Source of the DNA: Trichoplax adhaerens
Taxonomy: Eukaryota; Animalia; Placozoa
Assembly (NCBI RefSeq): GCF_000150275.1
Contig: NW_002060943.1
Span: 9,828,209 to 9,892,208 of the forward strand
DNA length: 64,000 nt
Direction of reading: 5' to 3'
Shown: positions 1-22,839 of the stretch, one piece after another
Position numbering within the stretch: position 1 is the stretch's first letter
How the letters are laid out: each line of letters opens with the position of its first letter
Translations under genes and position numbers: made by a program
The notes under the pieces: generated by a model
What the model was told of the DNA's origin: nothing
Seen by the model: the letters and a program-made list of their open reading frames with translations, nothing else
Databases searched by the model: none

Positions 1-4282
<4,282 letters not shown>

Positions 4283-5091
4283 CTGAAAATCTAAAGTTGT
4301 AATTTTGTTAACTAGTTAAGGCGTTAAGCAGAGAGATCTTTGCGATAAATGGGTATTACTTTCACGATAGCTTGATAAACGCACAGTACGCTAATGGTGT
4401 ACGAAATAGCAGTATCGTCAGTAAAATTATAGTTCTAATTACCTTAATGTTGGCCTGAATATATGATGTTGAAAAGTATAAATTCTTGAAATATTTTGAT
4501 ATGGGTAAGAGTAATTTTTGTATCGTATGATAATATAATATAATTTTTTTATTAATACGCGTATTAAATAAATTCGTTTATGTGATCGTAGCTACTAGTA
4601 GGATGAACAAACTGGTATGATGGGAATTATCGCTCAAATGTAGAGAAGTAAAGTCGATTTAATATTGGACTATTATTAAATTACAGTATATAAACAATTT
4701 TTGACTTGCATAGTAACTGATGACAGAAAATTACAGTATCAGTGGATGAGTCGGAGCAGTCCTATACTGTAAAGTGCAATGCTATACTGTACTCGCATTC
4801 GCGCGAAGCAGAGTCCTGCAATTGTATACTGTATAAATTAGTAGTGTGGTATCGTAGTGTATCGGATTACTGTACTAAAAATTGATAGTACTGTACACTA
4901 ATGAGTGAGACACATTGCTGATCTTTTTTGTAGAAAATTAGTAAATGACAACATGACTGTACTGTACAGTGTACAGTACACAGTACTGTAGCATAACGAT
5001 ACAGTACTGTACTGTACTGTACAGTATAGCGCCGCGCTGTTCCTCTTNTTCTACAGTACAGTATTGTTGAATGTTGATAGCGTAAAATAAC

Positions 5092-5105
5092 GTAACCATG
5101 ACTAC
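5092..5105. promoter_or_regulatory. RFX X-box-like motif upstream of CFAP100
   Basis: GTAACCATGACTAC (reverse complement GTAGTCATGGTTAC) is an imperfect palindrome resembling GTNRCC-AT-RGYAAC and lies upstream of a motile-cilia gene. Confidence 0.45.
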
Positions 5106-5813
5106 GGCTGGTAGACCAGTGTTGGAAATTGGGCCTACGGTACAGTGTTGAAGTGAGTCCCTAATTTATAAAGCCATGATGACGCTGACAGATGCTGATG
5201 AAAATACAAAATTTAATGTAACGCTTTTGTAGCAAGGTCTACGAATGAGTTTGCTTCTCTGTTACAGTAATGTAAAGTGACACTATGCCGTAAAGCAGTA
5301 ATAACTAATGAGCCAATGTACTGTACTGTACTGTACACTGTACTGTACTGTACAGTACTGTACAGTATTGTAAATTTGTAATAAAATCTCATACTGTACT
5401 ATACAGTACCTGTACACTGTACTGTACTGTACAGGACTGTAGTATCTATGGTCCAGTACAGTACAGTACTGTACTGTACTGATCCAATACGATACAGTCC
5501 AGTACTGTATGTACAGTACTGTACTGTACACTGTGTACCACAGCATGATGTGCTGTATTGTACACTGTACAGTACAGTACAGTAACAGTACAGTACTGTA
5601 CAGTACAGTATACCAACTACAAATTGCAGGTTCTCACAGTACAGTACAGTACAGTACAGTACTGTACTGTATACTGTACTGTAGAAAGTTTTCTTTTTTT
5701 ACAGTACTGTACATACTGTACTGTACACTGTACCTCTACGGTGCAGATTGTACGGTACAGTACTGTACAGTACACTGAGCGGCAGTCTTATGATAAATTT
5801 CATTTCATCTCCT

Positions 5814-5827
5814 GTTACCATAGCCAC
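5814..5827. promoter_or_regulatory. Second X-box-like motif, near the putative non-coding first exon of CaMKI
   Basis: GTTACCATAGCCAC, one mismatch from GTTNCCATRGNAAC. It lies just before a donor-like GAG|GTAAAA at about 5842. Confidence 0.4.
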
Positions 5828-6722
5828 TGGCTGATCCGTGAGGTAAAATTTTGTTCGTTCTTTAACGCTTATTCCTTATTAGAGTATTAAATATTACAGG
5901 ATACTTTTTTTGATGTCTTTCTATTTAGATTGAAAATTTATTAGTTTCGTAATTGTATTATCACCCACGTTTAAGCTATGAGCTTGTAATGTATAGTACA
6001 GTGAGTCCTATCAAGTACAGTACTGTATCACTGCTTGGCACTTAAATTACTATACTGTACACTACTGTACTATACAGTACAGTATACTTACAGTACTGTG
6101 CTGTACAGTGTACAGTGCATGGGTAAAAATTTGAAATGCTAACTGGACCGTCGTAAACGTCGCCTAGTACAGTACTGTACTGTAGAGTACAGGTACAGTA
6201 CAGTACTGCACGTACTGTAAACCTACAGTAAACACACTATAAATATACATTGTCAGTATGATACCAATACTACCGTGGTAGAATAGAGTATACTGTAGTC
6301 TCGACTGCACGAGGCAATGACAACGAGCCAAAGCTTAATGCTAAGTTATACGCATTATATTTATTTATGTTACTTTTTACATAATTTTTTTAATAAACGA
6401 TTGCTACTATATATGCGATACTATTCATACTAACTGCGAATAAAATAACCTAATGTTGTGTAGCTATACAGCACCGGATATACAGTACATGAAAGTGTAA
6501 GCACGCCTATTTTTTATCTGTAAACGCCCATCAAAGTACTTTGTACAAACTACCATGCTACCTACAGTTCAGTATGTTACACTATGATATACTATACTGT
6601 AAACAAGTAACCATAAATCTCATTATTTCTTCAGGAACTTAAAAGTTTCCCTCAATTTGCAAGAAGCGGTAACTTTTTAAATCTTGACGTGCGTTATTGT
6701 ACGTAACTACTGAATATTGAAG

Positions 6723-11067
<4,345 letters not shown>

Positions 11068-12895
11068 TACATTTGTCAGTGCTATTGTTGAGATGAGTCT
11101 GCATGAAGGTGGAATACTTGGTTACTTGCTGTCAGTCCGAGAAATTTCGAGATATAGATCTCTAGTTGTAAAATGAAAATGTCAGGCAGGATTATGACTA
11201 TATTACTCACATAAGATGGTAATTCAGTTTAAAAAATAATATGTAGGCTTGTATAGAATATAGTTTGTTTGCGTTACAATCGTGACTTAAATCTCGGTAA
11301 AGTATATCACCGCCATCGGTAAAACCTGATAGGTTCTATGATATTTCGTTTGAATGTATATCTTAACATGCGATGGTTACAATAAGAAATAATAGCTTTA
11401 TTAGCTTATTTTGCGATTATTTTTACGTTCATCAGAATAACCAGATTGTATTTTCTAAATACAGTTTAAATCTAGCAATATTTTGAGTAGGCGAATATGC
11501 ATGCCTTTTAGCAATTCTGTAGGTGTTATTTTCCATAAGTCAGTACTACATCTACTATTTTGAAATACAAAAGTACTGATGATTCTTTATATCGGTAATA
11601 TCAAACTATTCACCATTACATGTATTTCATAACGGATTATTGTAATGCTGGAATTCAGTAAATAAAATGACCTGAATTATGTGCAGCGAAAGTACTTATA
11701 TTGTTTTGTCTAACAATGGTATGAATAGATATTCCTGAAGATTAATATCTCAGATTTCACGCTACAATAGTTAAAGCCGGTTGCAGCGCTGACGACGATT
11801 ATATGACATTACCGTGGTCGTAACTCTAGTAGCGCATATCGCTAGCAAAAATCATGTCACACATAGTCATAGTTACAGCCTTACTTAAGCCAAATATCAC
11901 GAGCAGGACATTTTTGCTGCAGTAGTATGTCAGCGTATAATTTGCACTGCAGGATTTAAGAACCTTTTAATTAAGTAAATATTTGAGCACTATAAAAGTA
12001 TGTTAGGGTAGCTCATAGAAGCTATGCTGCAAATGTTTCATATTTCATAACAAGTAGTCTTATGATTCATACACCACTTCTTGAGAGTTAAGAATCTAAG
12101 TCAGTAACCTACGAACCTGATTCCTACACTGCAAGATTTACTATTGCCCATTATTAACAATTGATGGGTAGGTAACTAGGTACTTAAAAGACACTTGGAC
12201 TTGCACACGGTTATTATCACTTGTTGGCTTGATTTTCGATCGCTAACAATACATGTGAAATAGTATTTGAAAAAAAATTACGCAAAATTCCAAAAATGGT
12301 AAAAAATTTTTATTTGCCTTCTGCGGAATAACAGATTTTGACAATTCTATTTATTTTCTAAATAATTATCTGAATAAAATAACACATGAATACAAAACTA
12401 CAAATTGTTTTCTTGTCACGGGCCAGATTATTCATCAAATCTGGTATTTTATAAAATTTCGACAGATGCAGCGCGTATCAAAGAAATTGTATAATCATTC
12501 GCAGTCTTTAAAATCGATTAGGTATAAAGCAACTTCAAATCTGCGGTAAGTAAAATTATTTTCAGCTAGTTTATAACAACACCGTTATAATTTGCAGAAT
12601 ATTTTTAATAATGATTTGTGGATAATCAATGTTGTAATGAGAATACATTGACATTGTTGTATAGGATAATGCATGCATAAATCATAATTTGTGCAGAAGA
12701 TTCTAGAAGACAGTAGCTGACAGCATATCCTTATAGGTCCGAAATTCTTTGCATGTTATAGCCTAAGTTATACATGAGTATACCAACTATTCATGAAAAA
12801 TTCTTAAGGTATCACTTCATTATAGCCAATTTTGTATAAGCTTATTTTAATTAGCATCTCAGGTTCAACTGTGATATGGTGTTAGAATTATAGTG

Positions 12896-15800
12896 TTAGT
12901 TGAAATTCTCAGATTCGTCAACCGCATTGCCTTGTAGAAGGTGCCGAACAAAATCGTCTGAAACATCTTGCATTTCTGAGTATACGTTAATCCCCGCCAT
13001 TTCACAGTCATGGTCCACTGATGGAGTGAGTGCTTGAGGCTGTTCGGTGTATCAAATCACATATACATTAACAATAAAAATTGCTATTAAGGAACGGATA
13101 CCAATGTAAATAATGGAATTTTTACCGTAGAAAGAGGTGTTGAACACGTCGACGAAGGTTCAGATCCAGTGCTATGATATTAGTAAATGATACTGAACGA
13201 TTTATTACATACTCATACTTATATTACGTCGCACCACAAGACGACATAAGAAATGTAGCGTTTTACGTTTCTTAAAAGATATTTTACCTATCATCCAAAA
13301 ATAGCTTAAATTTCAGCCTTGATTTATCATATATACTACTTTTTCCATTTTCGCTTCCGGCAGTTTCTGTAGCGATATAAACATGTGCAAGTCAATAGAG
13401 CAATTTCCATTCAGACAATACGTGTATTTTTTTAACTTTCATATCAGTTTAACCTCGACTGCAGCTTATCTGATTACCGCTACCGCTGTAATGACTACGG
13501 AATGCATCTTCTTTAGAAATTCCTTTGGGGTATACATATCTAAATTGCTGTATATCGAATAAACTGTAGGCAAGCAATTACATAAATTTCTTTCAGTACG
13601 TGTTACTTCATCTTATTGATGACAATCACAGTTGTATATTATATCCTCAAAAAGTATCCGATTACCATTCCGATAAAGTCTTCATAAGCGTAAATTTTTT
13701 CTCATCTAAAGGTTCAGGAAATTCCACTACTTTCTGACCTAATATGTACAAAATGCTTCGTGACATAAATAGAGCGTTTTGTAATTGGAAAGGCACATAA
13801 GATACCTGAGCGATCAACTCGAGTAAAACATATACTAATTGCTTTCGGTTTCCCAGAACTGAACCGTAACAGAAATGTTCCAGGTTCACACCCTAAAAGA
13901 ATTTCTTTTGCTCTTTCCTTAGCTATAAAGCCCACGAATAGTCTATAAAATGAATTAAACTGAGCAAACTGAGCTTACAGTAGTGAGGCTATTGAAATCT
14001 CTTAGATTTAAAGTAAGATTTAATCACCCTTCACACCATATTGCTTTCAGCTCTGAGTTACTTTGCATCAGATCAAGAACCGTATGAAACCACTTCCAAA
14101 AAGGCTGATTAAATTCCGAAACTGGAATCTGTAGGTTTGTGGCAAAGTTTAGCTAAGTTAGTAATATCTGGTGAAGTACACAGTAAGGACGTCATTTCTT
14201 CGATATTTTTTCCGACAGGATATTGAAAAGAATCGATGCGAATTAAATTGCCTTAATAAATTTCTGCCATGTAACCACGGTGCATGATAAGTCTACAGTT
14301 TTCATCACGTGTGAGTCACCTATAACAGTAACCAGTGTCTACGTGAGGTGTACGCGTATTAGCTAAAATACTGCTCAATCTGTCAGTAAACTTTGGAATT
14401 TACTGTAAATCACTAACCGATTAATTTGCAAGCTAAGAATTGTAGGTTTTCCTCCGATAGTCCACTTCCAACTCTATGGAAAAATTCAGTGTTTAGCATG
14501 TGAGCAATACTTTGCCACTTGACTTCTTTCGGCACTTCGAAACCTTCACGATTCTAAATCAAAATGCAATTTATTGAAAGCTAAATCTACCACTAAAATT
14601 AAAACTTAAATTACCGGAGAAGAAAAATAATTATCCCAAACGACCGTGCCCATTGCATTCGCAGTCTGATTTGTATTTACAATTATAACAGTTGGCAACG
14701 AAACATCCTATGAAAATATGAATTTTGTTAAGACATTATGACATCAAAAATTACTTAGTAAACGCAGGCAATGTTCTATAACATAATGAAATAAATTTAG
14801 GATACCCTAACTATAATCTTCTTAGCTTGGATAGTAAATTCGGATGTAAACAGGATGGCAAACTTTAGTTCTGTTACCATCTGCAGTACGTACAACGAAT
14901 TTTACAAGAAATGTTTATTATATTATTAATATTGGTGTTCAAGGTTGAGAAGAATATTAGTTATCTACCTCATCACCCTTTGCAGTTGCTCTTCTACCAA
15001 TTTTCTAGCAAAGAAAGACAACTTAATTCATTACAAATCGCTCTTATATCATAAATTCTACTTATGTTGCAAAAAACCATTACTATGATTAAAGGTTGCA
15101 AAGATCAAAACCAGTCAACTCTAAAATCGTTATATTTTAATTTATACATGAACGTATCAATGTTGAAATTGCCGTTGAAAATTGCTTCAAATCGCGAATA
15201 CTTAGTTCCTACATCAATGCCTTTGATAATCTATAGTGATCGAATCATAAAGTAAGTAAACCTTGGTATCTACCACTTCAACAGTAATGAATAGCAGTAG
15301 AACATACTCTGTGTTAACCTGTGCCTACGCTTTAACATAAAAACGCATCGAAATTTTTTCTCACACTAGCTGGCTAACTAGTGCTTAACTGATTTTAAAC
15401 AGTGCCTCACGTTTACTGCGACAAAGAGTCTTTACTTCCGTGGTAGTTACTATAAGTTAAAGCGTATAATACACGCGCTGCAATCATTAACTATTCACGT
15501 AAACATATTGCAATCTCGTATAATTTTAAATTAATGTACTGTTGATATTCAGCCTGGAACTACAGGCGTAAGAAAATCCGACTTCATCAGTAAACCAAGT
15601 TCTAAGACTGTACGACATCGTGTACGTAATGTTTAAGGCGAGTACGATTACTAATTACTATTACTGAAGTATTAAATTACCATATTCGTTAAATCAACTT
15701 TCCACATTCTTGTTTGACTGTCGAATTGCATTGGCTAGATTTTATTGAACAAAATTTTAGAATTTTTATTCACAAATTACGTTAATAAAATAATAAATTT

Positions 15801-18800
15801 CTTGAATACGTACCTTGCAGCTATTAAGAATTTTACCACTAGCACCTAAACTATAAAATATAAAGATAAATATTTAAGGGTTACATTCTAGTCGGGATTA
15901 GCAGCAGGTACTGACTAAGGATAAATTAGCCTTTAAGTGCCATACTGAGCTCTTAAACTCAATGATAATATGCTTGTACAATGTATAGTGTACAATCCTG
16001 ATTCTTACTTACTCAGGCGGAAAATTTCCGCTGCGCAAACTTCGAACCTGAGATTCACTGCCGATACAGTAATAATCGAAGTGTAACATAATAAATCAAA
16101 ATATATCAAGAAGAGAAATACTATAAGTGTTGCTAATAAATTATCTTAACATACCTTAGAATGTATGCATTAACGTCCGTTAATTGAGAAAAGGCATTCA
16201 GTTTTGTACCAATTAGTGAGCTGATGTGTCGAGAGCAAATAAATTCATAGTGTAAAATTTAATCCGTTATATTATCTATCCTTATCCGCAATAGCCAATA
16301 TATTATTTAATTACATAATTTACCAAACAGATGCGGCAAACTTTGTATCTACTTTAATTATTTGAGGAGGTTGCTTCATGATGACAAATGCTCTGATAAT
16401 ATAATATAACAGTAATGTGTACGTTTAAAAGTTACACCATATAAATAAGTATTCATAATATAATGATTCACTTTTGTAGTACGAATGGTTGTCCAACAAT
16501 ACTGTACTAAACATATTGCCATTAATTACTTGTTCACAAGTTCCGAGAGGAGATTTTCCAGCTCTTGAAGTATAATATCCAACGTAGGCTTAACTGCCTG
16601 ATCGTTTGCATGCAGGTTCTTATCACATACTGCTAATAGCTATAAATTATAAATTATAAATTAAAATTTTTTGATCATTCCCCTTGAAGCATGTTATTAC
16701 ATTATTTCCAATGTACGCGCTATCAAATCTTCCTGAACTTCAACTCGCAAATACGTATGCTATGCAAAGAAAAAATTTCATATCTGTATGTTATGAATGA
16801 ATAAATTTTCGACATGTCAACCTGCTCCACTAAAATTTTGGTTTGCCAAATAGTATCTAAGCTACTTTCACACCATAGCTGAATTTGTTTTAATTCCTCG
16901 CAATGAGTGTTCATCAAGTTTTCAATTCCACCTAGTGCCTTCTGACGCTGCTTCCATTCAAATAATTGGACATCAAGTACCTTTGAGTGTAGTACCTTGA
17001 CTCCCTCAACAATTTTAGCAAATTTTTCCGCAATTCCCTTAATTTAATTGTAAAAAATAGTCATTCCTACAGCTGCATGACAGTATCATTACATATACCC
17101 TTTTAATCAAATATTTCTAACCATTTCTGTATCTTTTCGATGTTTTACGATTTTAAGAATATCGTTATATAATTTCTGGCGTTGCTTAAATGCTTGCATC
17201 TAATTGTAAGAAATATGCTTAATTTTTCTCTTGGCGAAAAGCTACAGCGATGCATCCAGTATGTGGGATGAAGAAGTGTCTTATACCTGACTGGAAGGAT
17301 ATTTAGAATTGGGAACTGGCTGATACCTACACTCTGGGTGTTCTATAGTAAAACGGAAGATGTTCAAGTTATAATTGCACAAGTAATTAATCTATATAAT
17401 TAACAGTATTAAAGTAAAATACTTTCTTAAATATCCAATAAAAATTTAATTTTAACCTTCTAAAAGTTTATTCCAATGATGATATAAAATATTCAAATTT
17501 TCTCGCAGCTGCTGAATATTTTTCCAATCGTTTTCAGCATCAATCGTGATCATATGCAGTTGGCTGCAGATTTTACGAATATCTTCAGCCGCAGTGCTAA
17601 TATTATTATTTCCGTTCGGCCAATTGGATGACTCATCATTCCCTTTCAAGGTTATTGTAGCCTACGAGATGTGAATAAAAGTAAATGATGCTTTACAATA
17701 TTTTAACAAGTTCGATAATCAAACTGTAGTTTGGGTAATGCGATTTCTATAAAAACGTCTATATCTCAACTGAACCAACAGGATATCCAAAAGTAAAATC
17801 GGTGTCTAGCTTCTTTAAACGTATACAATACATACTTCTTGGCACAATTTCCTTTCTGTCTCGAGACAATCAAGAAGAATATCCAATAGTCTCATAGGAT
17901 TCTGTTGAAATCGATTCTGTAGTTTTCAATAGTAATATAGCATTATTTTGTTTAACATGTGAGGTATGTTATACTCATGATACTGTTGTTAATCAGAGTG
18001 TCTTCAGTTTTAGTGATAACAATAGTACTAATGAATAATAAACTGTCATTATCAGCAGTAAAACATGGAGTAAATCATAGCTTTGTCTTATCTTATAAGA
18101 GACAGATCTCATTACCTACCTACCTTAAAATCTTCGATATACTTGGTCATACGAGACCACTGCAGCAGTGCATCCTGCGTGGAAATTTGTTCCAACTATT
18201 AAAAGGTATCATAAACCAGAAAACGGATTTAAGTTTAATAAAAATAGTTGATTAACACTTGCATGTACTTTAAGGCACGCTAAAGCAACGGTGTACTGAG
18301 TTCAGTAGATAGTTTAATCAGTTGCATATAGATGTTGCAATTGTAAATTGAACGACATGTACGTCTGTAGCTATTAATAACTAGTAATACATTATCGACT
18401 TAAAGTGTAAAAATACCTAGGGTGTGCGATACAGATTACTACAAACACAACAGATGCGCGTATGGTACTACCATAGGAAACCTTAATTTATTTCATTGCA
18501 GGTACTGTATGTCTGGACGTTCGTACAGTAAGTACCTTACAAGGCACGGAACGTAAAATTCAAAAAAAGCTACAACGTGTGCACCAGCTTTACTTTATAT
18601 TTGCAAGCTGAGCATTTCATAATTATAATTGTTACGAGGAGTTATGTTTAAAACTGAAATTCAATGCATTAGATCAAACATCATATTCGGTCTCACCTGC
18701 TGTGTTTGTTGTCTCATGAGGCTCAGCAACTCATCACGGACACGAATAGCAGTCAATTCATCTCGATTTTGTCCTAAACTCCTACAGAGGGTGACAGCAT

Positions 18801-20316
18801 TTGTTTACAAATTTCGTATTCACTAAAATGTACAGTACCAGTCTTTATAGGAACGTAAAATTTAAGATTTAATTGCTAAATTCGAGACTAAAAAACAATG
18901 ATAAAACCACGACAAGTAAACTTAGCCCATGTTTAGCCCTAGTTTACAAAACGCAGAAGTGTCCAATCTCAGTTTTTAGACTGTGTAAAAAAATAAGCTT
19001 CTAATATAAATCCTCTGTTTTAATGAATAAATATCGTACAGACGAAATTTCTACGCGCTATAACATCACGAAATCATCTCATCGATACTGTTCATGATTC
19101 GCTAATGTGATTTTTAACGTTACAGTTTCACAACAAATTTCTATAGCTTTAAAAGATTTCTAGAATCAAGAAAGGGATCTATGCTATGTTGAGGAGTTTC
19201 TTATTCATCCAGTAACAGGATGCAGAAAGATATCACATGAACCCACTGTACTGTACACTACAATTTGTAAACAGGCTCAACTCTCCATGGGCTACTTATC
19301 ATGCGCACTTATTCGAGAGCAAGTTGCATCACGTACGTATGGCAATTTTCAATAATTAAACAGTAACAAATAGTATTGCGTTAATTGACGTTCCTGCTCT
19401 ACCGTAGACATTTGGATAGTATCAAATCATATAATTATTTTACTGTACTACAGTGAAAATTCATGCAATCGATCTACAACAGCTGAAACGTTGAATCGTT
19501 GAAAATTTTAATTGAAAGGCGACACAAATACGAAACATGTGGCACACCAAATCGTAAATACAGTACGGTACTTTAATGTAACATTTTTTTATGCCACTTT
19601 ACTATGAGTTTAGCCGGACAATACTGTACATTATTACTGTACTGTATCTACGTGTACATTGCAGATTTTGCGGAAGAACTATGCACTAGTTGACTACGTG
19701 TAGTTGGCAATTTCTAATTTATAGGTACAGTACAGGAGCGCGGTTCGAATCTTGAAGTTGGACAAAAATAATGCAGATACTTGCAGTGAATAGAGTATAG
19801 TATCTAAAAAATTGGATTGAGTCAATTTAGTTCATGAAACTGACTTGATTCGAAAATTATACCTTTAGTCATCAATACGAGTAATGGGTAAAATCAGGTC
19901 AGTGTTATATTATAGTGAAAGTATAGTAATAAGGTATCCTACAATCGTTACAATGGTTCACATCAATGTTCAGGCTAGTACAAAGTATTATCATCGCATT
20001 ATACTGTACACTTATTGTGTTTATCTTATCTTAAGATCACTTCGTTTCGACGGTGTCGATTAAATAGCTGTGAACGGAGACTCCCTATGAAAAAAACACT
20101 GGTTTTACAGTACGCGATCGATGATACAGTACTGCATGTTGCAGATTACAAACGTACAGTATTACAGGATTCGAATTTTATTTACCAAAACTGATTTTCT
20201 ATCCAGTTGGCAAAGACGCATCTAATTTCTATATGAAATTGATGCATTTCATAAGTTTGCAGCATTTGCTGTAGCGCAGGACCACGCAAACTTTGCGACG
20301 CTGCCCAAAGAGCCAT
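12896..20316 (-). CDS. STAT: STAT transcription factor (N-domain, coiled coil, DNA-binding, linker, SH2, Tyr tail); about 20 or more exons
   Basis: Exon 1 (20186-20316) MALWAASQSLRGPALQQMLQTYEMHQFHIEIRCVFANWIENQFW resembles the STAT5 N-terminus. Also KQPPQIIKV, SLPTVIIVNTNQ...VVWDNYF, FWKWF, SH2 GFIAKERAKEILLGCEPGTFLLRFS, YVYPKGISKEDAF, and tail SSIYDKSRLK. Stop TAA 12896-12898. Confidence 0.93.
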
Positions 20317-20389
20317 ATCGGAATTACTTTCTTCTTCTTTTTTAACAATAAAAACTTACAGTGTAACTGTAAGTATTAACTGTAACTAA

Positions 20390-21410
20390 ATACTGTACTG
20401 TACAGTACAGTGAAAAATCAGCAAAAAGACTGTTTCCAAATAATTTTAATGGTAATTTTAATCTGCTAGTGAGTAGCGATAGTAATCACGAGCTAAATAC
20501 GGCCACAACTTAATTAAGCACTGCTGTACGGTATTTAGCAGGAAATGCAGTTCGGTACAGTACTGTACTGTACTCCAGAGAACCTGTACTGTACTGTACT
20601 GTAATTTGCAATACAGTACAGTACAGTACTGTACAGTACCATACACTTGCAGTACACTACAAAACTGTACACAGTAATTATAATTACTTCGTGCTTTGAC
20701 TATTCTTGCACTACATGGACGGTCGGGTTAAAGTTTAATAAATGTGTCCGTGAAGTTACATATTGGTATAAAGTATAGTATTTTTACGTTAGTTCCAGCA
20801 ATATTTTTCCCTTTTTACATCTGAGAAACAAAATAAACATGCCGTACAATCGTGTGTAAAAACTTTGAGTATGCCGTTAGATCAACCGTACTACTGCGGT
20901 TATCCACCGCTTTCAACAACGGGAGTGTAGACTTTCAGCATGCAGATAAGTACAATGCTACTCATTCGATAGATTTAGGAAAATGAGCATAAGTTTAATC
21001 TGAATTTCGTCTTCAAATGTACGCTGCTGTGTACATGGCTACTGTGCAAGGACAATGCTATCATGTAATGTACGCAGTCATACAATACGCCCAAAACTAA
21101 ATAACGATCGGACACGGTAAAGAGATGCTTCAGGATTAGAATAACCTAACCATTATTGCAACCGCATATCTAAGGGTCTCTAGGAATCACGAGATAACTG
21201 GGTAATACAGTACAGTACTGTATACGGTACTTTTATTGCAGCAAAGGCAATACTATTTAACCTTAACAGCCTACAGAATCAAACATAGATACCGTACCAT
21301 ACTACAGCACGTGTACACTGTACAGTGTACAGTACAGTACAGTACTCTGCAACTACAGATTCTACAGTACTTTACACTACTGTACTGTACAGTGTACAGT
21401 ACTGTATACC
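20390..21410. repeat. TA(CAG/CTG)TA arrays upstream of STAT
   Basis: Clusters at about 20390-20410, 20555-20670, 21205-21230 and 21310-21410. Confidence 0.85.
20845..20932 (+). mobile_element. Possible Tc1/mariner remnant: TIR-like end plus a trace of transposase HTH-like sequence
   Basis: TACAATCGTGTGTAAAAACTTTGAGTA (20845-20871) matches 25101-25127 at 23/27 nt. The consensus TA|CAGTCGTGTGTAAAAACTT resembles Tc1-like termini. 20899-20932 reads VIHRFQQ-frameshift-GSVD, similar to the Tc1 motif RFxETGSVxD. Confidence 0.35.
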
Positions 21411-22839
21411 TGAATCATCATATCATGCGATAACATAACAATAAATCACATATTGATGATACTATATGAGGTATTGAATTAAATGACAGTGGCTATCTGA
21501 AAATTTCGCTATAGACTGTTAAATACTAATACAATTCGTTTAAATATATAAATGATAGAGGCTTGCATTGCACTATCATTAGTAACAATTTTTATCTGGG
21601 TTGCGAAATGAGCTGATGCAATTTACTTCAGAAATCAAAATTACGATATTAGGTAAAGTTTTAATCAACAAAGTATAGGTGTGCTCTGTAGATACCGGCT
21701 TTCATGAAGATTATAAACCGATTTCAATTCGTAAGCGTAAAATATTAATTTAGAACTTGACTAATGAGTCATTGCGGCATAGGCGGTGCAGTAGAAGTCA
21801 CGATAAGGAAAATCAAACCGAGTCGAAACTAGTAATCGATTAGTGAATATATACTTTGTAAGCACGCATTCTAAATACGATCGATAACCCCTTGATAGTT
21901 GTAAATAAACGCAAACAAGGGCGACAGCAGCGTAGTGTAGACAATTTTGGTCTATTAACTTTCTATTTCTCAGTATTCAGGATTAATTGCCACTGAAATT
22001 TTCAGATTATATCCTCTGATTATTATACTGTGAGCACAAATCAAAATCATAAAACAAACCTTACAATTAAGAATATTTTAAACAAAGTCAGTTTGCGATA
22101 GAATTACTCCGACAAATAAGTCGATTGTAATTAGAGGCATTAGCTTCTTTAACAAATTAAAATTTGATAAGATCTACTCTACATTTCCTTGAGTACTAAA
22201 ACCTTGATTACCCTAATTTTGGGGGGAATTAAATAAAACAACTGAAGAACACATCCAACAGTAGATACAGTAGTTTTAATATATCATATTTTAGACCATT
22301 ACTTCACCATGCGTATCAACAGAGGTTACAATTTTACTTTTTATCACTACTCTAACATTAACGATTACGAAAGACAATTATATCAATTAGCGCTTAACAC
22401 ATGAGCTTACAATAACTACAGTACAACGGTACTTATATCATTCTTACCAAATTATTACTCTGCGAAAAGTGTTTATTACAGTCACATCGCACAATTGCAC
22501 TTTTCAACTGATATATATGCTACATAGTTAAGAGTGCAGCAATCATCTAATCAAAATCGGAATAAAAGTATCTATTAATAAAATTGTAACTGGTGGATTG
22601 GTGTCGAAATAGTACTATATGTACGCAATTACCTATTTATAATTTCGGTTAATTCTTGAAGCTAACATACAACTGAACATACGCGTATATGCAGTATCAA
22701 GCATTCTTTTACAGTAGATCACCGCCTTTATAGTACTGTAATATTAAGATTAAAGATTTAGAGTCGCGTTCTTTACAACACTGATACAAGATTTACTTTA
22801 TTAGCAAAATACATTAAGTTGTTTATAAAAGTGTCAGAA

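Larger units (their letters stand above)
4950..6230. repeat. TA(CAG/CTG)TA pentamer arrays in the divergent CFAP100/CaMKI promoter region
   Basis: For example tactgtactgtactgtacactgtactgtactgtacagtactgtacagta from about 5319; densest at 5315-5780. Confidence 0.9.

Noticed and set aside
5283-5890. ORFs rich in YSTVLYCTVQ (also 20458, 21236, 25108, 30804, 52988, 55795, 56245, 59258, 62515)
   Set aside because: They are translations of the stop-poor pentamer arrays, occur on both strands and several frames, and have no splice context or protein signature.
4950-6230. Arrays as CRISPR or telomeric repeats
   Set aside because: There is no constant repeat with unique spacers, no cas genes, the context is eukaryotic, and mixed orientation is unlike telomere tracts.
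18905-18940. ATG at about 18930 as the STAT start
   Set aside because: Followed at once by a stop; the true N-domain exon is at 20186-20316.
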